A stretch of DNA of 64,000 nucleotides from Setoptus koraiensis (lineage: Eukaryota > Animalia > Arthropoda), in contig CM106586.1 of assembly GCA_048013815.1 (NCBI GenBank), positions 7,750,001 through 7,814,000 of the forward strand, read 5' to 3'. Under the pieces are notes generated by a model. The model was not told the origin of the DNA. It searched no databases and was given only the letters and a program-made list of their open reading frames with translations. Below are positions 12,873 through 24,643 of the stretch, one piece after another (position 1 is the stretch's first letter; every line of letters begins with the position of its first letter). The translations under genes were made by a program, and so were the position numbers.

Positions 12873-15467
12873 TGCGATGCAGCTATCAATTAGACATTAT
12901 TACCTAATGTTTTCCGTTGTTTGCGCCGGCACACGAGCGCGCAGCGCGCAAAGTAATGAACGGCGAGCGCGCAGCGAGCAAAGTAACGGACGGCGAGCAA
13001 CGTAACGAGCAATGAAAAAACTACTCGCAAGCTTGTTGTTGTTTGTCATCGCACTTGTTGTCTTAGTGACAAACTGTTTGCGCCGCGCAACTAACGACCG
13101 GGCTCGCTAACTATTGTGGCCACTTCCGGACACAACGGCCAACAACAATGTGGCACACAAACACAATCGTTGTTGTTGTCGTCGCTGTTGTTGTCGTCAC
13201 TGTTGTCGCTGTTGGAGCGGGTGGCACGTTCATTTTGAGCTCGCCTCCAGTCGTCGCTGGCCGCTCGTCAGCTGCTGGCCAATGGTCATTATTCACATAG
13301 TCGAGTAATAACGAGCCACCAACTTGTTAGTACTAAGTGACTACTCAACGTTACGTCATCGCCCAGGCGCCTGGCCATTTCATGGCTAGTTGGCTCGGTT
13401 GTTGGCCGGTTGTTGCTCGTTGCGCGTTAATTCATTTCCATCGGTGGCCGATCTTGGCCCAAGACTCTGGGGCCGGACCTCGCAGTGGCGCCAAATTGAA
13501 ACCAAATTGAAACAGTCGCTGGGCGGCCGGCCAACAGAACAGCGCCGCTGGAAACACTTTGATTTGTGCGGACTTGTCACACCGACTGGCCACTGGCCGT
13601 GCGCCGTGATTGAGCGGGCAAGCGACTAATTCAATCACAGTGAGAGTTCAATGACTAACTACTAATAGCAACCATGGCTAATTTCCATAAATTGCTCGAC
13701 ACTTTTGCTGTTATTGCTCAATTGGTCGCCTTCGCGTCCGCTGCCATGTAATGCGCGCGGCTCATGATGCGTTTTTGCTGTTTATTTGATGCACTTGTTT
13801 CTCGGGTTGCCGCCAGAGTGGCTCACTTACTGGTCACTAACTGGCGACTGGAAGCCGGCTCGAATTCGGCACTGGTGCCATGACGCAATCGATGGCGAGC
13901 TAGCCGCTTTAGTTTAGTCGGGCCAGCTCATGGCACCAAGTCGGCGGGCCGGTCGGCGGCTTATTTGGCCGGCTCGATGGCGCGATGGCTGGCCTAGATT
14001 TGCCGTCAGACACGGGGTAATTAGAGGCGCACGAGTAGTTGCGTGGGCACCCGATCAAAAGTCGTGTCACGCATTATTTTGCGAGCGGAAGCATTACATT
14101 ACGACACGAGCTGTTTGTTTGTCGCGGCGTTTGGGCTGTTGGGGCGCTATGCGCCCTTTGCGCCTCTATGCGCTCTTTGCGCCTCTATGCGCTCTTTGCG
14201 CCAGTGCTTGCGCCCCTTGCGCTCACTAGATAGTGTGCAGAGTCCCACTGGATACTTGTTAGACTTAGACGCTTGTTACGTAACTTTCTCTCGCTCGCTG
14301 CACGTGAATACTAACTATACACACACGCTCAACACTGAACACTAAACACTAAACAAGATACACTTAATAATACGTACGCAAACGCGAGAGATAATCCGGC
14401 ACGCACACATGCCAGGTATTTAGCGGCGAATAGCGCGTGCGAGCCAGCGAGCCAGCGACAGCCAGTCATGAACTGAGTAGATAAACGGGCGGCCTCGGCG
14501 GCGGCCATATCATTGGCCATTTGTGCCCATCATACGCTCACATCGTTGCGTCATACGGCATTGCCAGCGATGGCTGGCTTAGAGGGCGATAGTCGGCGAT
14601 AGTCGGCGATAGTGTGCGATAGTCGGGCCCCAACTGGCGGCTGTAACGCGACCGTGGGGCCCGACTGCCGCTTGCGACTGCCGCTTGCGACTGGCGGGGG
14701 CGCGTGAAGCGATTACATCGCCCTATTGGCCGTAGTTTTAGATGTGCGATATGACACGAGATAATGAGTTGATGTGCGGCCCGTGAGCAATCTATCCGTC
14801 TGTATATTTATACATTTGTATATATACACACGTATTAGCAGCCACGATGATTGTTTAAACGCGCGGGCCACCGATCGAGCGGCGGCGGCGGCGCCCATTG
14901 CGCAACCGGCTGACCCGCCGATTGCGTAACCCGCATATTGCACATAAGCATTGCTTGAGCATATAGACAGCACACATATTAGTGCTACTTATAACTTATA
15001 GTTAGTAGTAAGTGTGTGTGTGTGTATTACGTAACGACATAATGATGCAACGGCTGCCGCTGCTATGACGCAACTTATATTTATATTAATGCTCATATTC
15101 ATATCGGTATGCGATCAGGCGGCATACCGATATGAATATGCACAACAATGCGCATTTACAGTTGGATTGGATTGCATAATCAGCGCTGGCCGTCGCGTAA
15201 TAATTGGCGAGCGTGCGATATGAATTGTCACGATCAGTTGATCACGGTTGATCACGGTTGATCACAGTTGTGATAGGCGCGCCCGTGACCAATAGGCAGC
15301 GCTGATTTGTGCAGTCGTGATACGCAGTGGTGATTTATGGCGATATGCCAATGAGCTAATTACAATTGACTAATTACAATTGTTAGCAAATTAATTGTCA
15401 ATCAAACTCTCGCTTGATTGACGCATGTCAAAAACTCTCGCTTTCATGACGCATGTCAAAAACTCAC

Positions 15468-16284
15468 CTTTCGCATAGGCGCATCGCCCACGAGGCTATC
15501 ATCCAAATGGACACCATGAACACCATCAATACTGTGCCGGGGCAAATGGTCATCAGTGTCTTGAGGACAAATTTTGTATCAAATGATATTCTGTTTAGGG
15601 CGCCTATTGAGCGCGAGCTGGCATCTGTGAACAATTTTGAATGTAACAACATAACGCGACAAATTAAATATAAACGCAAAAACATTGGCAACGACAATAC
15701 AACATCCAATGGCACTGTTGACGACACTAAGCGGCCGCCGTGATTGTTTAATTTTGTTGTCCATAAAAAATATTCCTCTATCGGTATGGGATGTATGAGA
15801 CAAACAAACAATTCTAACAATATCTGGCCAACTCTGTTGATGTTCATGGCAATACGCCAATCGTCAGCACAATTATCAATCATAAACAATTGTATCTCTA
15901 ACGCGTGATAGGCACATATTAACGCTAACAACAGCACCGTTGAACAGCTAATTATTGTTTTAATACTCAAACTATAGGTGGAGCTTTTTGTATAAATGCC
16001 CGCAGCTGATAATTCATTCTCTATAACCATTAATATAATACCTAATATGGCAAACAACAGCGCATAATCGCTAATGCGCTTCCGCTTCTCAAACAGCGCC
16101 TTCCGTCGGCCAAGCCGGTAACCAACGTTGGGCCGGTGATAATTGGCCGCCAGTGTCGAGTTGTTGGCCCCGTTGTTTTGGCACGACAAACCGCCAATGC
16201 CCGGCGCCACGCTCGTGGTGGCCGCCAGACTCAGGCCCGCACCAATGGACCCGATGCGGATGGGATAATTGCGGTAATTGTTCA

Positions 16285-16327
<43 letters not shown>

Positions 16328-17135
16328 GCTGTTGTTGTTGTTGTTGTTGTTGCTTTGGCTATTGTTGCTGTCGGCCGTTGTTTGCGCGGTGTCGCCGTTG
16401 TGCGGATGAATTTGAATAATGTCGTCCTCATTTTGACTCATCATCATCGACATGTCGCAGCCCGGCGGCAGCTCGCCCGCGCCGCTCACCGGCGTATCAG
16501 CAGTCGGCAGCGGCCCCGAATGATGCCGACAGGTGTACGGTGCCGACGAGCCCGCCTCTAGCGGCGAGCCCCTGCTGCTAACAAGCGCAACCAATTGGCT
16601 AGACTGTGGCTGCTGCTGACCGGACTTGAACAGATACTTCCGGCTCGCCGCTGTCTGCTCCAAAATGGACGGCTCTCCGGTGTGTTCGTTGTTGTCGGCG
16701 GCCATGTTGTTGCTGTCGTCGTTGTCGTACTCGCTGTCGTGGCGTGACATAATCCTATCAATTTGCTGCTGCTGCTGCTGCTGTTCTAAACTGTCATCGC
16801 TGGCCACTATTACGGGCCTCGCCGGGCCGGCCGCTGCCGGCTTTGTTGCGTCTTCCTTTTTTAGCTTATCGGCGGCGCCATCAGCCACGAGCATCGGCGC
16901 GCCCGAGCCGCCGGGCGCCGCATTATCCGGGCCGGGGCCAAACTTTTTGCCACTTTGTAGCCATTGCTGTTGCTGCTGCGTGGCCTTCTTATCTTGAGTG
17001 GATTTTGTTGTATCTGGCGGCGCGGGCGCATTTGAATAGCAGCGGCAATCGTCGGACTCGGCGTTGCTCGGGGCCAGCGGTTGTTCACTTGTAGTTGCTG
17101 TTGTCGCGTTATGATCGCTGGCCCCACTGGCGGGG

Positions 17136-17176
<41 letters not shown>

Positions 17177-17588
17177 GCTGTTGTCGTAACAAGATAAACT
17201 CGATGTAAATCTGATCACAGACGACGAATTGTCTTGTCTCGCTGGCTTGCGGCCGGCGTTCAGCTGCGGCAGTTGTTGCGGATGTTGTTGCTGTTGTTGC
17301 TGCTGTTGTTGCTGCTGTTGTTGCTGCTGTTGTTGCTGCTGTTGATTAAGTGCGGAGCTGCTGGGCGCTATCGATGATGATGATTGATTAGCCATCGCGT
17401 GATCGGCATTATGTTTCGCCGTCTTACCTCGCTGCTTGCCGTTGGCCTGGTTGTTGCTGTTGTTGTCGCTATGGTCCCCGTAATGCACGCCGCACTCCGG
17501 CGCGGCGCCACCGTGACCTAGGGCCGTTTGCGGCGCCACACAATCAAAGTGGCTGCCGTTGTCGTAACTAACGGTACCTGTGACACTG

Positions 17589-17620
<32 letters not shown>

Positions 17621-19699
17621 TTGTTGTTGTTGTTGCTGCTGCTGTTGTTGCTGCTGTTGTTGCTGTTGCTGGTAGTGTCGCGACGACGACGGCTGCCGGT
17701 ACTGCTCGTCCCCCATGCCGACTGCTACATTTTGCTGCTGCTGTTGTTGTTGTTGTTGTTGTTGCTCGCCCAATTGCGACTGACTGCCCGCCAGCGCAAT
17801 CTTGCTCGCGGGCCCCAAATTAGCCGCTTGCTGCTTGGCATTTGCATTGGCCGGCGCTGCGTTGGGGCCGCCGCCACCGCCGCACGCCGCTGTTTGGTTT
17901 GGCTGTGAGCCGGCAGCGAGCAGATTTGTTTTATTCATGATACCCAGCGAGGATAATTTGAGATTATCGAAGAGCTCGCTCTCTATTCTTTTCATCATGG
18001 TGTTCACGCTGCTCACATTTGCTATATCAATCATGGTCGATGATCTCGTCTTGCCCGCCATGGCGCTCGCCGCCGCCGGTGATGCATTAAATTGGGGCCT
18101 GGTTGTTGTCGGTGTTGTTGTTGCTGTTGTCGCGCTATCTGTTGTTGTGATGCCGCCGCCGCCACCGCCGCTATTAACGGATAACATGGTGTCGTCGCCA
18201 ACGCTGAGATTGCTGGTTAGCTGGTGCTGGTGCTGGTGGCATCTAACGGCGGACAGGGGGCGACTCGCCAACGGTTGCGGTTGCTGCGGCTGATAATGTT
18301 GTTGGCTGGTGACGTGAGCGGCGGCGCTATTTAAATTTGATGAATTCATCATTGTCGGATGTTGTTGCTGATAATGATGATGCAATTCGGTGTGTGTCTG
18401 CGAATTCAGCGGCGGCCTCTGCGCCGCCACCGACCGGCAATCGTCGCCCACTCGTTGATTAAATGGTGCCCGCTGGGGGGGACCCCTATCGGCGCTGGCG
18501 CCCAGAGAATAATTGCTGCCGCTGGTGATGCTCCTCAACGAGGACGGCATAGGCTGTTGTTGTCTAGACACTGACGGTTGCTCGTTTTTGAAAGCGATTA
18601 TCTGCTGGAGATGGTGCTGCTGCTGTTGCTGGTGCTGGTGCTGGTGTAATTGTGATTGTAGTTGTAATTGTTGTTGTTCACTGTTGTGCTGGCAATTTGG
18701 TGATTGTTCGCAATAGCATCTATTATTATTATCATCTATTAATAGTGGCGCTAAACTAGATGGAGATAACGAGGCAGATTTTATCAATTTGTTGTTGTTG
18801 TTGTTGCTGGTGTTGGTGTTGTTGTTGCTGGCGCTGTTGTTGTTTGCGCTGTTGTTGTTGTTGGCGCTGTTGTTTTGCCTACTAATTGCATCATCGTTGT
18901 TATCTGTGATTAAATATCTGTGTGCGTACTCTCTAGCTGGCTGCTGCTGCCCGAGCAAATCAAGTGTGTCGTTGTCATCGTAACCAATTAGACCGCACGT
19001 GTGGACAACGGTCTGGCCGGCCGCTGGGGCCCCCACTGGCGACGGGCTCCGTTTGAGCGCCGGCGTGCTGCTCGACGTGCATGCCGGCCCCGACGAGGGG
19101 CCCGGCGCGTCTTGGCTGTAGGAGAAGATTTTCCCGGCCAGCCTGCAGTGCTGCTGGCTGAGATTGCTTCTGAACAGGTGCCTGCTTTGTTTCTGATGTT
19201 GTTGTTGTTGCTGCTGCTGTTGTTGTTGTTGCTGTTGTTGTTGTTGCTGTTGTTGTTGCTGCTGTTGTTGCTGCTGTTGAGCAGATTGATGAGGCTGACA
19301 AGACTGGACTGTTGTTGCCTGGTGATAATGTTGCAGGTCTGCTGGCGCCCCCGACGCATTAGCGGTTGCAGTTGTTTGTTGTGCAGTTATCTCACTGGAT
19401 CGGCCAGAGCTGGCGGGGCCCGCCGCCGCCGCCGATAATACATTGGCGCTGCTTCGTTGTTGCTGCTGCTTCTGATGATGATGATGGTGATACAATTGTT
19501 GTTGTTGTTGCTGCTGCTGCTGGTGCGGCAGAGGGGGCGCCGAGGGTGTCGTCGGGCCAGGTGAGGCGCCCGACGACGCCTGCTGCTGGGCCGCGGCCGG
19601 CTGCTGATAGAGCTGCTTCAAATGCGAAAATGGCAATAGGGCGCCCCCTTTTATCTTGAGTGAATCCGCGGCTATGTCGGCTATGTCCTTGTCGGCCAT
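15468..19699 (-). CDS. SK: Small-conductance Ca2+-activated K+ channel, first coding exon (N-terminus plus S1-S5); gene incomplete in window
   Basis: ORF C-terminus [28 protein letters not shown]...LIHPIP...[32 protein letters not shown]...[15 protein letters not shown]...SWAMRLCER is the SK/KCNN signature. The ORF ends at a canonical donor AG|GTGAGT (exon ends 15468, phase 2). Pore and CaM-binding exons were not recognised in 1-15467. Confidence 0.95.
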
Positions 19700-21239
19700 G
19701 TTTGTTTGGGCGCTAGTGCTGTTTGTGTTGTGGTGCCAGGTAATTGTTATATAATGTATGCTTGTTGTCGTATATTTGGGTGCGTTTGTGTGTGTATAAT
19801 TTGTTAATAAGTTTTTAATAGCAAATCTATTTTATCCTCTGTGGTGTTCTGTCATGTGATTTAGTCATAATTTAGCACAATGTAAATTGTTACACTGCCG
19901 GGGCCCCGTAGCCGTGCATAATTTTGGCCACAAAGCCAGCTCGACAGTGTCTAATGCTATCGTGCGGGTGTAGTGCGCGAATATTTTGTGCCGCTGTTTA
20001 GCGGGCGGCGCTAATGGCGCTAATGAGCCCGATCAAGCGGCCCGATAATAATCCGGCGGCTGCCAACCGACTTTGCCAACCAACTGTAATGAGCCAAATT
20101 AGGTGGCGGTGGGCGTTGCGGGCAGCGCGGATGTGGCGGATGTAGCGGGTACGGTGTGTGTCGTGTGTGTCGTCCAGTTGGCCGTTGTTGTCTGCAAAAA
20201 ACAATTTCCTTTCTTCCGAATCATTGCTCAACTTGTTTGCACACTCTTGCACAACAACAACAACAACAACAACAACTGTGTATCACCAATGATTTGGCCC
20301 AGTTGCAGCGGTTGCGTAATTTGCCACGACAAACAATACTGCTGCGAATGAGTTGTCACATTTCATCATGTATCAATGCTGCTATTTGTGTCGTAATGCT
20401 ATTGCGATTCTATTGGGTGCTGGCGGCGATTCTCGGGGGCCTCATAAGATAACACTGAGAGATAAGGGCGCGTTGTAAACTATTGCGTCGTAATAAGTTG
20501 CAAAAGTAAATTCATTAGGCACTGGTCTGATTTGATTTCATTTCGTGTAAGCTTGTTGTTGGCGTTGTGTGTGTATTTGAATGGGGCTCGTTCGAGTGCT
20601 CGTCAGTGGCGAGCAATCTGATTTGTTTTCTCTAAACTCACTGGTTGGTTTTTTCTGTTTCTGAACAATGTGTGTGCACAATCCAATAACTGCAGGCTGT
20701 GGCCAGACCGGTGTGTGTCGTAGGTGTGTGTGTGTTGTGTCTATCACTATAGCATCAATACAACGTATAATATAATATAACGTATGAGATATAAAGTGTG
20801 TGATATATAAAGTGTGTGTGATATATAAAGTGGCCTCTCTCGCCCGCTGCCAGAAACACAAACCGGAAATGGGGCCCAACACCAAAAAACACACTGTGCA
20901 CAGTGCACAGTTTGCGAGCAGCAGTGTGTGTTGGCCAGCGGCGGCGGCGGCGGCTTGGCTAGCGGTGGCGCAGTTGTGATGGCGCCGGTAATGGCATTAA
21001 CAGTGCGGGCTGGCGGATCAATTTAATTAATCTAATAATGTAATATATGGCTTATTCAAAATAATATTAGCAGCAGTAGTGTACGTGTTGGTGGCAGCGG
21101 CCTGCGTATTGGGCGCCAGTAACAATAGTAACTGCAATCACCTTTCGCAACCAATAAATCACCACTGATTTTTTGTTTCGCGCGCCTCCCCACAATGCAT
21201 AATGTGCCTATTTGTTGTGCGACAACTTGTGACGACCCA

Positions 21240-21312
21240 ATGGCTCGATGGCTCGATGGCTCGATGGCTCGATGGCGACTGGGCGACTGGGCGACTGGGC
21301 GACTGGGCGACT
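21240..21312 (+). repeat. Compound 8-mer array (TGGCTCGA)x4 then (GGGCGACT)x5
   Basis: Direct inspection. Confidence 0.9.
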
Positions 21313-23763
21313 CTAGGCCAATGACGATGATGGGCAGCAACTAGCCGGCGCGGGCCAGTTTGCAAATAACGAGACCATCAAGTTGGTTAGCGAGTAATGG
21401 CAAATAAAAGTTGGCGCAGCCACGATACATGATACTTGCGGCACAACCGTTATGTAACTGGTGTAACTGTCGTCTGTGGCGCTGGTGCTGGTGGCGCTGT
21501 TTCTGGTTGACACAAGTTGATAATAAGCAAGTTAATAATATATATCTATATACACACTCTCTTGTCAGTCTATCACGCTAAAATTGATCGATACACTTCG
21601 TTTCCATCTGGCTGGCTCACTGTAAGTCGGCTAACTGTGACTCGCTAACTCGCAAACAACTCACAAACAACGCGCCACTACAATTAAACCCGGTGATCAT
21701 GCCCGGCCAGTTAGTTATATTTGGTCATGTTAGATAATATTAAATGGTGTAACTGCGCATGTTTTTTCGTGCAACTTGCAAGCCCGAGACGCGCCGCAAT
21801 TCGTCGTATTATTTTACATGACGTCGTCGTTGTCGTTTATAGCCACCAATGGCCGACTTTGTCCGCCCCCTTTGTGCAACACTCGCAACTACGCATAGCG
21901 ACATAGCGACATAGCGACGTGGGGACCTAGCGACATCGCGATGTGCGATATGTGCACTTCTGCGCACATTTGGCCCCCGCACACACTCCGCACACTATAC
22001 TTACTGTACACACATACAAAGGCGGCGCACGCTAGCTAGCCGCCTAGCTAGTAACCAGCCAGCCAGTTGCGCAACGAGCAACCAGCAACGAGCAACCAGC
22101 AACTAGCTTGCCAGTCGCTGCTGGCTGACAGTCGCTTGACAGTCGGCCGGCCACTGGCAAGCCATTTGCTCGTTTTACTTTTACTGCCCATTTATCTGGC
22201 GTGCAACTGCACACACACACCACGTGGCGGCATAAATGTAAAGCCGACTGGAATCATTCGAGGCGAATGATGAGTTTGCTATTGCGACCAAGTTTATAAC
22301 AAAACAAATTATACTGCCATTACATTAAAGATAGACACACACACGCTGGCACAGTGTCAGATAAATGCCAGATAAAGCATGCATTGGTTCGCTGGCGAGC
22401 TGGCGAGCTAGCTCGACAAACCGTTGCTCGCCGAGACAGAGTGGGCTCGCTTCTCATCAGCCCAACTAATGAGAAAAGAACACACACTTGCTTCTTCATG
22501 CGCACATTGAGAGCACACAATTGACAATTGTCGACTTGTTGGTGTTGCTCTTGTTTTTGTTGTCAACGTTGCGGCCCACAAACAAACGCTCGCCAATGTC
22601 GCCAAGATACTTAACACTGCCGCTGCCGCCGCCGCCGCTGCTCGATAACAACCGTCCTTGCTGGCCCCCAACCAAAAACAGTTAGCCCAACAACGACGCC
22701 AAGCGGCCTCGCCGACACTCGCGATTAAACAACCTTGAGCACCATGTACAAACAAACAAACATTCACTTGTTTGCAAACAAACAATTGCAAACAGCAAAT
22801 TGCAAACCGGCTGCCAGTGTGCGCCGTGATATTGGCCCCTCAAAGGTTGTCAGCAAAACCTATTGCATGCCATCCGTGGCCCGCAATAGGCTCGTTGCCA
22901 ATGCTCACTAATTGCAACTGAAAGCGCCCTCTCTCCCTGCCTCTCACAAGCCCATCTATGTCCCATCAACAGCTTACGATTACGTGACTTTTATCACGTT
23001 TCTCCGGGAAAATATCTGACAATCGTCGCAAATCAACGCTTTGAATTGTAACTAACAAGCAATTGATAGCCGGCGTTGACACGTGTGTCTTTTCAAAACA
23101 GAAAACGAGTCAATGGTCATCTCGATACACCCACGACTAGCACCATCGATTACAACGCCCAACTATCAATTCAAGCCATCTCTCTCTCTCTGGTATATTC
23201 ACTTGCGACGCAAGTGCAAAACGCAAGTGTCCAGACCGATCTGGCCCCCCATTATATTGAATAAAGCCGGCGATACCAAGAATAGACATGCCCCGGTGCC
23301 AATCATTAAGTCAATCAGATGGTTGTTGTCGCAAAAGCGCCACTAACATTTCGCTGCCTTTCCATTGGCTCTATATCTTGTTCTCGCACTCGCCGCCTCG
23401 GCTAGCCTTTTATAATATCCTCCGCACTATGGTTGGGCCCACTGGAACACACCTAGGTGCGATCCTAGCAGATCATAGCGGCACTATCATCAAACTTGCA
23501 GCCTTGCAGTCTTTGGCGCCATCTGTCATGTTTGGCTATTGTCAATGTAACCATGTCATTTTCACTATTGCTATTGGCTGCCTACGATATAGTGTCGGTC
23601 TGCCCATTAATAAACTACTTTACAAAACAGCTACCACCTAGGTATATTCTCTTCGAGCTAACACGTTTAATCACAACTCTATTCACTCGCCAGTTTAATT
23701 TTTGGAATAACTTCCGGCACGATGGCCATCTAATCTAATGCCGCCGACAGGCTAAAAACTTTC

Positions 23764-24481
23764 ATGTTACGTGCGTTCCATAAATATGTGCGCATTATTT
23801 CGCTCGTTATAGTTTTAGAATTGGCACACTTTTTGCAATATCAACTTGGGTGCACAAAATAATGGGCCGATCGGCCATTCACGCGATGAAAACTGCAGAT
23901 ATTTTGAAATATCCGCAAGCTCCCCAACAATCAGGTATCTCACACCGATTCCAACCGGAAAATCACAAATAACAACTAGCCAGCTGAGCACGAAAAATCA
24001 ACTGCTTCGAAGGTAGATTTCCGGTTTTCAGGAAGCCCTAGGCTCTTTGAAAGAAATAGATTGCTCATCTCACAATACAAAATATAATATAAACTGGCTT
24101 TCGGCCGATCACTCTAGTGTCTTGATATACTCTAACCAGTGTCGGATATATCAAGTTGAGATTCAAGTTGGAAGTGGGTAATTTTCTTTTGTAAACTCAC
24201 ACGACTGGTATTCATCTCTTGTATATTTCAACGGCACCAATGATAACCGAGACAAATCTATCGACAATATTACATGGAATCAACTCGATCAAGAAACTTG
24301 GATCAAGTTTAATAGGAATCAATGACAATAGAAGCTTCCTACTCACAAGTCAGACAATATAAATCAACAACTCATAGTAGAACACCCTAAAATCTACTGC
24401 GTCTTTTCAATTATGAAATCAAGAGAAATTAAATGTACTCCATTCGAGATCTTTACAAGAACTTCCTGAATAAGCTATGAG
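23764..24481 (+). pseudogene. Probable decayed gene for a secreted protein of unknown family
   Basis: ATG 23764 gives signal-like MLRAFHKYVRIISLVIVLELAHFLQYQLG. After one frameshift (~23850) a single frame runs ~210 codons to TGA 24479 with only 4 stops (24014, 24179, 24323, 24329) in AT-rich DNA. It has NGT/NIT sequons and related CRYFEI/CRIYQV motifs. Confidence 0.45.
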
Positions 24482-24643
24482 AGTAGTGAGAAACTAATCT
24501 GAACACTCGAAAAGTTTTTGCTTAGCCTTTGTGCTATTTGCACCGATCCTTTTGGTATGATACTTAACAGTCAAAACTAATAATTAATTCAGAGTTCATT
24601 GTTTATATGTAGTTTAAGGGTAATGATATTACAGTTGAGATAG

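Noticed and set aside
39-15000. Dozens of 60-240 aa ORFs on both strands
   Set aside because: They arise from GC-rich, stop-poor, repeat-laden sequence, overlap in all frames and show no domain motifs.
23083-23738. Hydrophobic ORF pieces suggesting a decayed membrane-protein gene
   Set aside because: Hydrophobic segments fall in different frames and no family motif was recognised; too weak to call.
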